From assembly GCF_036321535.1 (NCBI RefSeq), contig NC_087437.1, positions 28,894,001 to 28,958,000 on the forward strand: a stretch of DNA of 64,000 nucleotides. Direction: 5' to 3'. The notes under the pieces were generated by a model. It worked only from the letters and a program-made list of their open reading frames with translations, did no database searches and was not told where the DNA came from. The position numbers and the translations under genes are program-made. Of this stretch, positions 52,909 through 64,000 are shown in pieces. The first letter of the stretch is position 1; each line of letters opens with the position of its first letter. The DNA comes from Camelus dromedarius. Its lineage: Eukaryota.

Positions 52909-53115
52909 CAGGAGTTGGCAAATGTCTTCTGTAAAGGGCCAGATAGTAAATATTTTAGGCTTTGTGGGCCATAACTGGTCACTCTCATCTAGTCTTTGTT
53001 ATTTTGTTTTGTTTCACAACCATTTAAAAATGTAAAGACCATTTTCAGCTTGACAGCCACAAAAAACAGGCAACAAGCTGCATTTGCTCATAGGCTACAG
53101 TCTGCTGACACTTGA
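52909..53115 (+). mobile_element. MER58-type MITE
   Basis: caggagttggcaaatgtcttctgtaaagggccagatagtaaatattttaggctttgtgggcca. Confidence 0.85.
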
Positions 53116-53582
53116 TCTAGAAAACTATCTTGTCCAGAGATCAAGAGGACTTGAAAATTTGGAGCTTCATCATTGCTGCTCCACATTCTGCTCCCACCCA
53201 AGAGCTACATTAAAAATCACATCAAATCTCTCAGAACCATTGTCTTTATGATAAACCACTGGCTGGCTTTTCAACTTAATGTTTCATTAAGGCCTCTTTC
53301 ACCATTAAATATTACATATTCTGATGAATAAGCTAAATTGTATATCGAGTGAAAATAACAAGAGCTAGTATTTACTGAGTATTTTACACATGCCAGACAA
53401 TCTACCAGAGTTGTATTATCTGTCCTCTACAAGAGCCATCTTACAAGGTGAGTGTGATTAGCCTCATTTTAGAAATGAAACGAAGGCACAGATTATTTAC
53501 ATAAATTGTTGAATAACATACATCTGGTAAACAAAAGAGCTGGTATTAAAATCCACATTGCATCAGAATCTATGCACTAGAC

Positions 53583-53782
53583 CAGGCTTGGAAAACTTTT
53601 TCCAGAAAAAGCCAGATAGTAATATTGCAGTTTTTGCAGGTCATAGAGCCTCTGTCATGACCACTCACATCTGCCACTGCAGCACAAAAGTAGCCATGAA
53701 TGGCTACGTGCCAGTAACGGTGCTTACAAACACAGACAGTGGGTCAGGTTTGGCCTGCAGACCATAGTTTCCTGTTGCCTAC
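53583..53782 (+). mobile_element. MER58A-like MITE
   Basis: gccagatagtaatatt...ctgccactgcagcacaaaagtagccat...tttggcctgcagaccatagttt. Confidence 0.8.
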
Positions 53783-53789
53783 ACTTGAC

Positions 53790-53952
53790 CAGTACTTCTC
53801 AAAATTGAGTGTTAAAAGAATCAACTGAGCACCTTTTAAAAGTACAGACTCTAGTCCATTACATCTGGGAAAGGACCTGAGACTCTGAGGTTGTCACACA
53901 TTTCCAGGTGATGCTGATGCTGCTGTTTTTTGACCTCATTTTGAATAGCAAG
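53790..53952. mobile_element. MER5A
   Basis: cagtacttctcaaaatt...ccaggtgatgctgatgctgctg...tttgaatagcaag. Confidence 0.75.
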
Positions 53953-54129
53953 TTTCTAAGCTACTGTGCTACACACACCTAAAGCAAAGTGAGTAAGAAG
54001 GATTGGTTCCTTAAGGTACATGTTATCAGTTACCTTTTTAGAGCTGACATGTATTGAACTTACAACATATATCAGATGTTGTGGCAACAAGCATTTTACT
54101 TTGTGTGCACTTCAAGTGGAACCATTCAC

Positions 54130-54925
54130 CCTCTTGTTCAAGCCAGAAATCTGGGTACCACTCTTTAGACCTGACTCTACATCATCTATCAAGTCTCATG
54201 TGCTACTCACCACTTAATGCTGCTTCCAAAACATATTTCAAACCTGTCCTTTTCTTTCAGAATCTACCACCACCACCCAAATATAGATATGACTCTTTAC
54301 CTGGACTTCTGCAGTAGACCTTTATTCTCTGTAGTGCCAAATATGAGCCCCCTCAATCCATGCTCCATTCAGCAGCCAGAAAGTAAATTTAAGAGGTAAA
54401 TCAGATCACATCACTCCCTTGCTTGAAACCTTTAAACGGCTTCAATGGCACTTAGAATAGAAGCCAAACTCCAAACATGGCATAGAAAGGATGCATCAGA
54501 TCCAGCCTCTGCCTATCTCTCCAAATAGTTTTCACTCACTCAGTCACTCATGCAGGCACGCTGGCCTTCTCTCAGGTCCTGAAATGCACTAAGTTCGTTC
54601 TCAATTTAGGATCTTTTTAACATGTTCTTCCTCCTGCCTGCAAATCCTCTCCTTCCTCTTTTTCAAGTCTGGATCCCTGTGATACTTTTACGAGTTAGTC
54701 TAAATGTTACCTTATTAGAAAAGCCATTCCTTATCACTCAAAGGACAGTAGCCACTGCCTTGTTTTTCTCCCAGAGATCCTGTTCTTTCCTTCTTAGCAC
54801 TTACACGTCAGCACTTGTGTTTCCTTGTGGGTTGTGTGCCTCCCAAGTAAACACTACTAAAGCAGAGACAGAGTTCTCGAATCATGACATACATTTAATG
54901 AATGCTTGTTAAATGAATGGATAAG
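54130..54925 (+). mobile_element. L2 3' part
   Basis: aaatcagatcacatcactcccttgcttgaaacc...cacttagaatagaagccaaactcc...aatgcttgttaaatgaatg. Confidence 0.8.
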
Positions 54926-56240
54926 TTAATGAAGTTCCCACTGGAATATTCTCTCCATGTGGGCAGGATTTTGCCTTACTGCTGTTGTTTCATGTAGCTC
55001 TCAAAAAAGTGTCTTGCATATAGCAGACACTCAATAAATGTTTGTTTTATTAAATTATTTAATATGTGTAAAGCTCTAGGATTTCTAGTTCTATTATTAT
55101 GGCCATTTTATAAATGAAGTAATAGGCAAGTAGCTTAATCAAGTTAAAGTACTGTGAGTTAGTGGAGTCATACTTTGAATATAGGTTTTATTTCCAAAAC
55201 ATGTACTACACATGTGGAAAAGTCTCCATTAGTAGATACTTGAAACTCCATGAGATTTTTAACACATCATTACTTACAAGTTATTTGCAAGTCTTTGTAG
55301 CAATGTCTATTTCTGTGTAAAATATTAATTATGGATTGATATCAAATATCAAATATGATATTTCCCTTCATTTAATTATTTTCCCATAATTCAGGGAATA
55401 TATTTTGTCTACTCAATAATACCATAAATACCCTGAGGATATGATGAGTCTTTGGTATAAGCCACACTAGCCCAGAGTAAACCATTAGATGCAACATGTT
55501 GTTGCATCTCCTTATATTTTGCTTTTTATTATCATTATGATTTGCTTGCATGTTGGTATGTTTTCTTAATATTGTTCCCAAACTTCTTCATTCCTGAGGG
55601 AAAATAGCCTCTTGATACATTCAACTTTAGATGTTGGAAAACAAAGGCAATCTCTGAATTAGGGGATGAGTGGTTTGAAAATGTGAATTTTGTTTGTGTC
55701 TCAGAGCATATATGTATTTACCAAGTCTAATGAAATTGGATCTTTTTACTTTAGCAGAGAGAATCTTAACTCTTTAGCACCTGTGTATTTTGGCAACTTT
55801 GCTTCTGAAGCATCATTTACTGCACTCAGGGAATAACTGGTGCTTAGAGAGACCTGAAAGAAATGCTAAATGTTATTTAAAGTTTTGTGGGGGTTTTTTT
55901 GTATATAGAAAAGAATGGGATTTGGGGGACATTAGTCCTGTTGAGAAGAAAATGGAATATTTGAACCATATCAGGCTAAGACGCTTTACTACAAAGTCAC
56001 ACTACTAAATTAAGTCAAGGAGGGTTCTCTCCTATGAGAGTGGTAAATACAGTGTTACCATCATTATAAACTTTTGTCCCACTCCAGCCTGATGGCAGAA
56101 TGGGAAGGAGAGGGGCCAAAGACTGTTCTTATAATTTATATGATAGGTAAAATATCCCACAAATGATAATGATTTCTTTTCCACTGGTTTATGTAATTAA
56201 ATCATTACATTCACTGTGATTTATGAAGCAGCAATGGCAG

Positions 56241-56410
56241 CAGGGATGGCCAGCCTGTGGCGCATGTGCAGCCACAGCTTCCTCCATCCCTAAAGCGGTT
56301 ATCGTTTATTGGTTACATTGCACTTTCCTTTTAAGCCCAGAGGAGGCCTCAGAATTCTTCCCAATGTGGCTTTAAAGCGAGTCACTTCCAAAATTAGAAT
56401 TGGAACCAAC
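56241..56410. mobile_element. MER117-like hAT fragment
   Basis: cagggatggcca...gcactttccttttaagcccagaggaggcctcagaattcttc. Confidence 0.55.
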
Positions 56411-58262
56411 AGTCAACGCAGAGCTGGAGAATTATTAGTTGCGAATGGGAGGTGGGAAGAGCGTCGTTAAACTTGTGTACATCACAGCACTGAGCAAAAC
56501 GAAGTAATCAGATTAATCTGTTAATACCTCTCTTTATGCTCTGTGGTTATCAAAGTTGATAAATTGAACGTGCCGAGCCCAATAACCCTGGAACCTGATA
56601 GAATGCTGACAATCTGAAACTCTAGTTTAGTAACACATCCTTCATGTGAAAAAATCACAACTGGTTAGTTTATGTAGGGCATGAACTTTGTATATTAATG
56701 TGTATTTAAAATGAAAATGCAACTGATCTAATCATGAATAGAGAAGAATATGATGAGGTGAAAAACAACGTCAAAAAATGGAGAAGTTGGGTGTCATTGT
56801 AACAAAAGCATGATAATCATATGATATCTATGTTTTTCCTCAAATAATGACAATTTCTGAGTAATTTAAATGATTGGCAATAACATTAATATATCTCCCA
56901 GGTCACATTCTCCTTAAAGTATGAATTGTGCACATAGCCAGAGCTTTGTCAGATGAGATCCTTAAGATGCACTTCCACCAGCTTCATTTCATTGATGGAT
57001 GTGACGAGTGGATGTGGAGAGTACCTTCTCCACAACTGCATCATGATTTTGGAGCTAAGATTCAGGTCTTCAGTATCTCTGACCACTTTTCTTTCACTGT
57101 TCCACATTTTCCCTCATGTCATTTGTTTACACAGATTTCTGTGTATATTGCATACATTTTTTACTTATCTGACCTCAGCTTTGTCAGAATTGCCTTCTAA
57201 TAACACCAAAGAGCCTTGCTAATTGTCTATAATCAGGACGAAACATACATTGGCTGCCATACTCATTTTTATTCCATCCAGTCTGAAAACATTTTTCCAC
57301 TGTTATAAAAATACCACAGATTTCTTATTTACAATCAAGGGAGGCATGCATCAGTGTAATAATGTGCCTCAACTCAATTAAACGTAATTACATTCCCCAA
57401 CTGGAAATGACACTGTGGAGAGGAAGTCTGCACTATCATTTACTTTCCTTAGTACATGTTTAGCTGTAGGCACTGGAGCATGAAATGGCTAACTACATTC
57501 ATTATTGTTCTGGGTTCTGTAGGCTTCTGTTCACAGTTTCCACCAAAGCTACAGTCCCAGAATTAATACAAAATGTATTACTAAACACCACCTTATTATA
57601 TTCCCAATACAGTAACTCAGAAAATACAAATTCAGAGATAGAAGCATCTATGATATGTGTATTAATTGTATGGAATAAAGGTTTCCTTTAGTATGGAAAC
57701 TCTATCTGAATATTTCTATACATTATAACAATACTACAAAAACTTGAAAAACATTCACCATGCAAAATAAATTTGCTGACGCAAGCCAGTGAGAACATTT
57801 AAGTTGTGCTAGAGATCAGAGAAATAAGTTGAGTGCACTGTATCTCAGGTCTTTGCCTGATGGAATCCAAGTCATTATTTTCACCAGCTTCTCACCCTTT
57901 CCCTTATGGCTAGCTCTTCCTAGGAATTAGCTTTTGGCAACCAGTAATACTAAAACTTAAATGAAGATGCAAAAAAATTTAAAACTAGCCAAGGCAATCT
58001 TGAAGAGGTATGAAGCTACAGACTAAAACCATCATAAATCAAGACTTAGTACAAAGCTATATTCATACTCTATAATATTACACAGCAAAAATGTGATAAT
58101 GTGGCACCAAGATGTACCATCAAGATCCAGCTTCCAAAACACACTTTTTCATATACAGAAGAACTTGGAAGATAAACTTTCTCTTATCTCAATGTAATGA
58201 TATATTAATCCCACTTTCAGATAATTTATTTTCCGCCCATTTATTTTTTTCTCTTTTTTTAA

Positions 58263-58631
58263 ATCCTGCTGTTGGATTTACTCACCAGTCATAAGCAACA
58301 GAGTCAACGGCCTCCACCTGTCCACCTCTTTCAGACTCTGCCTCAATTGCAAGGAGTTTCTTTGCCTCGGGTTGGGCCTTCCCAGGGCAGCCCACACCTG
58401 GGGACTGAACAAGACAGAGGTGTAAATGCTCAGCCATTTCAACTCAACCCAGGATACCCTGATGGGCAATATTCACTTGAGGCTTTGTCAGCTCTGCATC
58501 ACAATTTAGCTTCTTCCTCTTCCCAGTCCTGTTTCGGCCCCTTCCTTTCACAGGTGTAGAGCACTAACTAGCATCTTGCCATCCAGACTCCTTCTCAGCT
58601 CCTGTCTTTGATGAACCCAACCTCTAATGCA
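58263..58631 (+). mobile_element. ERVL solo LTR, LTR16A-like
   Basis: tctgcctcaattgca...gggcagcccacacct...ctgatgggcaatattc...ttcctttcacaggtgt...gaacccaacct. Confidence 0.7.
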
Positions 58632-58889
58632 TGAATAGTGAATGAATCACTCATACGTTAAGTTTGCACAGAAGAAGCCAAGCACTGAAAGTTATATAAT
58701 ATGTGCTTTAAGAAATTTCATTTTTAAAAAATACAATACTAAACCAGGATGATAGAATTCAGAACAATGATTATCTTTGAATAACTACTGACTGTGAGGT
58801 GGCACAAGGAAGCCTTCATGTGTACTAATGATGATCTGTATCTTCATCTTTGTGATAGTTGAATATACACTGAAATGCATATATATGCA

Positions 58890-59246
58890 TATGTACATAT
58901 ATACTTTGATGCATAAGATAGAATACATAGGATTACAAAGGAAGCCAGTTATACTGAAATAGATCATCAAAATATTTTAAATGTGCCATATAGTAATATA
59001 GGTACTCCTTTATTAGGTCACTGAATAATAAGATCAAGTGGTGGGTCTAATAACTACAATTATTTGGAAGTAGTCATGGGCATAGATAAGATTTCAGTAT
59101 ATGTGCAACAACTGTAATTTGATATGATAATAACTGTGGGTTTTATTAATGGTTTGTTACCTACATGCTAAAGTTCACAAATTACCCCTCACAAATTCTA
59201 TCCAAAGGCTCTATGGACTTAGTGGACTCTAAGTGTAGAATCCCTG
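58890..59246. mobile_element. Non-autonomous hAT-Charlie element (family uncertain)
   Basis: aagatcaagtggtgggtctaataactac...gcaacaactgtaatttgatatg...agaatccctg terminus. Confidence 0.6.
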
Positions 59247-59283
59247 GTCTACAGTGATACTGTTTTATAAACGAGAATTTGAA

Positions 59284-59425
59284 GGAGAGAGGGAATAGCT
59301 CAAGTGGTAGAGCACATGCTTAGCATGCATGAGGTCCTAGATTCAACCCCCAGTACCTCCTCTAAAGGAAAATAATAATAATAAATAAGCCTAATTACCT
59401 CCTTCCCCTCCACCAAACAAAACAA
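59284..59425 (+). mobile_element. tRNA-Ala-derived camelid SINE (Vic-1-like), full form
   Basis: gagggaatagctcaagtggtagagcacatgcttagcatgcatgaggtcctagattcaacccccagtacctcc...aataaataagcctaattacctcc; imperfect TSD agaaYttgaa. Confidence 0.9.
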
Positions 59426-60819
59426 AGAACTTGAAAGAGAGCATTCAAGAATCTCGGTGTAGTACGTATTAATCCCATTTTTAGATATGTCCAGCATATA
59501 TATTTCCTACCTCCCTCTCTCCATCTCTCCCCGTCTCTTTTTCTCTCTTTCTCTCCTGCCTAGGAGACTCATAATTACTCAGCAGTTACTAATTTCCAAG
59601 GAACTGGTAGGTGCTTTATATGGGAAGGATATGGCTTTTCAAATTTGTCTAGATCTGTGTTCAAACAGCTTTATCAGTAGCTCCAGCTTCATCAGTAACT
59701 TGGCTGTGCCTGCTTGAGGAAGTAACTTAGTTTCCCCACCTAAAAGTTGGGGTGGGGGAGGGTAATGTTAGTCTGCAGGGCTGCTGAGAGAATAAAAATA
59801 ATTTTGCAGACTGTTATTTAGTTTTTTAAACCACCGTACGAAGCTTAGCAAATTTAAAGATCTTGCTCGAGATCACATAGCTAAAAGGTGAAAGAGACTG
59901 CTCTGGTACCCAAAGAATTGTTTTGTGGCTCCATTTACTGTTACCTCCCTGCTTTATAATTTCTATTACCCATGCCATTCAATTCTAGTTTATTTCTTTT
60001 CTCTTTGGCTAGTGAGATTTTCTCTTGACTTCAGGCTAGGATTTTAGACCAAGAAGTTTTCATCTTTCCCCTTTTTTCTTTTTTTAATGAATGTGGACAC
60101 AAGCGTAAATTGTTGAGAAATGACTACCTAATGAAAACAGAAATGTATTTATGCTACTACCTTCTTTGAAAATTTCTAAATTTAAAATCCGTATCACAAA
60201 ATCTCCTTTGAAAGTCATTTTTAAAATTTTTATTCTAGCAGGGGTACCTGCACTTTTGGAATCAAACTATTTTAACCACCGGCAGAGTATAAAATATTGC
60301 AAATTATCAGTAGTGACTCTTTTAAAGTAAAAAGTAAAGTGACTTTTTTAAAAAAGGGATATCTATTGCTCACAGTGAGTTACAAATACAATGGGATTAA
60401 TGAACACAAAGCTTAATATAGGCAATCCCTAGGTTTTGTTCTTCTGTTTGTTTAAAACAAACAAAACCAGCTGCTTATTGCTTTTTACCCTTTGATTTAC
60501 CAATTTTCCACATATTACCAAACTCCTCTGATCAAGCAACCACCAATCACAACCTCACCATAAAACTATCCTACTACTACCCAGGCCCAAGAAGTTCCTG
60601 CCTATATAACTTTAAAACTTTGAGACTGAAATCCTTCTGAAATGTCTGGTAGAATTCCTTACTTAACTACTGTCCAACAAAGAGCATGCATAAATGGATC
60701 CTCTAATCTGACTGCTAACAATAAAACACTCAGCAATTACAATTAAGTCACTTTAGTCAAAAGGAAAAATCTACTGCAACGAAAGGGAAGGCATTATCAG
60801 AGCTAGTTAGTAGAAATAA

Positions 60820-61940
60820 AATATGTTAAAGTCAGAGAATTCAGGCAAAAGAAAATGTTATGGAGAAACAGAAAAAATACAAATGAGGAACTTGGGGAAT
60901 ATTTACAAACGGACAAAACAATGTGTGGGGAAGCTCATAAAGGAAGTTGACTCAAAAAGAACAGAAGGTCCAACCAAAGCTGACTATGCATGGCTCTCTT
61001 CCCCAATAAGAAAACAATACAAACTCCCAGAAGGACAAAATTTAAAAGACTGACAACATCAAGTGTTGGTAATAATGTGGAGCAACCAGAACTCTCATAT
61101 GTTGTTAGTGGGAATGTAAAATGCTACAAACATTTTGGAAAAAGTTCTGGCAGTTTCTTATAAAACTAAACCTTTACTTACCCTGTAACCAGTAGTTATA
61201 CCAAAAGAAATGAAAAATTGGTACAAGAATATTCAGAGCTGCTTTATTCCATAATAGATAAAAACCAAAACAGTCCAGCTGCCCATCAGCAGGAATAAAA
61301 AGGAATAAACTACTGACACTTAGAACAAAATGAGTTACTCTCATAATACATTATGCTGCTGTGACAGCACCATTATACAAAAGAGTACATAGCATCATAC
61401 TGTTTCATTCCATCCGTACAAAATTCTAAAAGAGGTAACACTACCCTCTTGTTAGACAAACTAACAACCAACCAAAAAATAGAATGATGGTGTCCCAAAA
61501 GGGGTGGAGAGGAACAAACTTGACTGGAAAGGACATATCAGGACTTTCTGGTCTGAGAGCAACGTTCCATAACTGGAGAGAAATTTGGGTTGCACAGCTG
61601 TATGCATTTGTTTGGAATTATTGAATAATACACCTATGATTGTTGCACTTCATTATATGTTTATCTCAAAATTTTAATAAATCTATAAACCAACACTGAC
61701 AGTTAACAATATGCATGCTGAAGTAATTGGGGTGAAGTCGAACTGATGTCTTCAATTTACTGTGAAATGCATATAAAATTGGGATATGATCAAATAATGG
61801 GATGAATAGATGGACAGATACGTGATGAAGTAGGGTAAAATACAAATTACAGAAATCTAGGTTGTAGTTACATGAAGGGCATCCCATGAAATTCTTTCAA
61901 CTATATTTGAATTTTTTTATAATAAGATGTGGGGAAAATG
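60820..61940 (+). mobile_element. L1MC-type ORF2 end and 3'UTR
   Basis: aagtgttggtaataatgtggagcaaccagaactctcata...gtgggaatgtaaaatg...ttttataataagatgtggggaaaa. Confidence 0.8.
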
Positions 61941-62074
61941 CAATGCTTAATTAATCAATATTAAAAAACTGTCATCACCTCCTTTCCTGTTTTGAGGAGG
62001 GCGAAGGCCAATGTGTTTCTGAAGGAGGTAGTCATGTATCTCTTGGGTACTGAGAAGGAAGGGCAAAGTGAAAC

Positions 62075-62225
62075 TAGATGAGGGTTCAAATTCCAGATCT
62101 GTCAGTTACTTGTACAACTAAATTAGATAATTGCTTAAACTATTTGAGTCAGTCCTCTTATATTTAAGTGGAGATAATACTTTCTATTTCATAGGGCTGT
62201 TGGGAAGATTAAATTAGAGGATAAA
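62075..62225 (+). mobile_element. MIR
   Basis: gggttcaaattccagatctgtc...cttaaactatttgagtcag...catagggctgttgggaagattaaat. Confidence 0.7.
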
Positions 62226-63608
62226 AGGAGAAGACTTTAGCTGCATCTTGGAGACAGACCTGCCTATGATCTGAAGCCCCTTATTCCACTAACTATGTGT
62301 GAAAAAGCCAAATTTGGGCCTCTCCCTAGTCTCTTTCAATCTTAATTAACCCACTTTTTTTCTGGTCTCACTACTTCAACCACAAGCTGAAATTCAGATA
62401 AACGTATGCATTTTCTATTTTTTTTGAAATAATACATGGAATATTAATGTCAACCATCCCATTGAGTTAGCATATATCCCTGTGTACTCTAATTCTAAGA
62501 ATAAAATATCTGGCAAAGAAACATACTGTATTGTTTCTGAAAATGGCGATGCAACTGCACTGTGAGAAGTAAATTATTTTACATAAATATGGTAACTATA
62601 TGATGTAATCATATATAATCTATACAAACAAACCTATACACACATACGATCCTAATATAACTGAGAATTCTGAATTGGCTCTCACATACATACGTTTCTG
62701 GCTTAAATCAAGTCAGCTAGACTAAGAAATCAGTATATCTGCTACCACCTGGTGGTAGTTTACCCAAATTCTGACTTAAATTTTCTTGTATTTGAATAAA
62801 TACCTTGATGAATACAACTCTCAATCCATAAATCTAAAACACGTTGCCAACTCAAGACACTTTAAAGGATTTCTAGGTCTTTGGGCATCGGTCCAGATGC
62901 TTCATTTACTTTTCTTAACACAGTAAATCATTATCAAATGGAAGATCCTTTCATGCTTTTGTGTAGTACTATTCCAGCTTCTCATTTCTCCCACACACAC
63001 AATGTGCAAGAAAATTATCTGCATTTTACACATAGTCTGTGCTTCACCCTGCAGCTGGGATGTCCCCTCTCAGTCCCATCTCTACACACACAAATCAAGT
63101 ATTCTAATGCCACCTCCTCTACTAAATCTTTTTGCTTTGCCCAGCTGGACACTTTTTCTTTTCTTATCTCCTGTAGCAATTCATTGTGACACCTGTTCTC
63201 ATGGTGTGGAACACTCTGTGCTACAGTCACTCACAGACTTCATCTAGTTTTCAGGGAATCACAACATATAAATGTGCCCAAAACTACTTTCATAGTTCTT
63301 AAGGAACACTTTTCATTTTAATATCTACTAAGGGGCAGTTTAGGATCAGCAGTTAGTCTTCTGGGGTCAGACTGCCTGGGTTCATATTCAAGATCTATCA
63401 GTAACCAGCTCTGGAATTTTAAAATAGTACACAAATGACTGAAATTAGAGAACTACATGGAGGCCATGTAATCTGTACTTCCTCAACATTAATAGCTCAA
63501 ACCTTGCTCTTAGTAAATATTTAACACATATTTATTAAGACATTTAATAGTCTTCCATAAGACTAATGACACAGAGGCATAAAGAATAATCTCTGCAAAT
63601 ATGTATGT

Positions 63609-63672
63609 ATACACACAGACACACACGCACACACACACACACAAACCTCTCTCTCACACACATACACACACA
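63609..63672. repeat. Imperfect (CA)n/(CT)n microsatellite
   Basis: Read directly. Confidence 0.9.
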
Positions 63673-64000
63673 TTATATTATGAATGACCTGGACGTAATT
63701 CTCACCCTTAATGTGATAGAGGCCATCATAAATAAATGAGTCAAGGAAGCCAAATCAGACACTGAGAAAATTCAAATTCCACATTTCAGACCCCAACGGT
63801 TCTAAGATACATAGAAATCAGATCTCTGGTCATTGTTTTCATGCCAATGTCTAATTCTTTTAATGGCCCACATCTTAGTTGTTTTCCCCACAATCCCTTG
63901 TCTTTATCTGTTCCTAATTTAGTTTTTAGTTGTGTTTTTCATTACTTTCAATTTTTGTGTTCCTGCTGGAATTCCCACCCTTCTATTAATAATTTTAAGT

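Noticed and set aside
1..64000. Prokaryote-style systems (CRISPR arrays, operons) or a nameable host gene
   Set aside because: Mammalian repeat-rich DNA; no regular repeat-spacer array, no long ORF and no exon I can assign to a known protein

Overview
Mammalian genomic DNA: AT-rich, CpG-poor and dense in repeats. Three tRNA-Ala(AGC)-derived SINEs resembling camelid Vic-1, plus a young camelid-type L1 3' end, point to a camelid (alpaca, llama or camel; inference). I recognise no protein-coding exon, RNA gene or CpG island, so the window reads as intergenic or deep intronic. The only ORFs I recognise are decayed LINE-1 ORF2 remnants. Much of the window is ancient eutherian repeats (MIR, L2, old L1M, MaLR/ERVL LTRs, hAT and Tigger MITEs) plus lineage-specific insertions with readable target-site duplications (TSDs). 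Best oddities: an L1 keeping both ends and a TSD but lacking most of its interior, with a second L1 nested in it; a SINE carrying 38 nt of extra 3' sequence inside its TSD; a GC-rich degenerate repeat with exon-like borders; and several candidate regulatory or non-coding exon signals. I found no convincing new biological system. Family names come from recalled consensus sequences and old-repeat boundaries are approximate.
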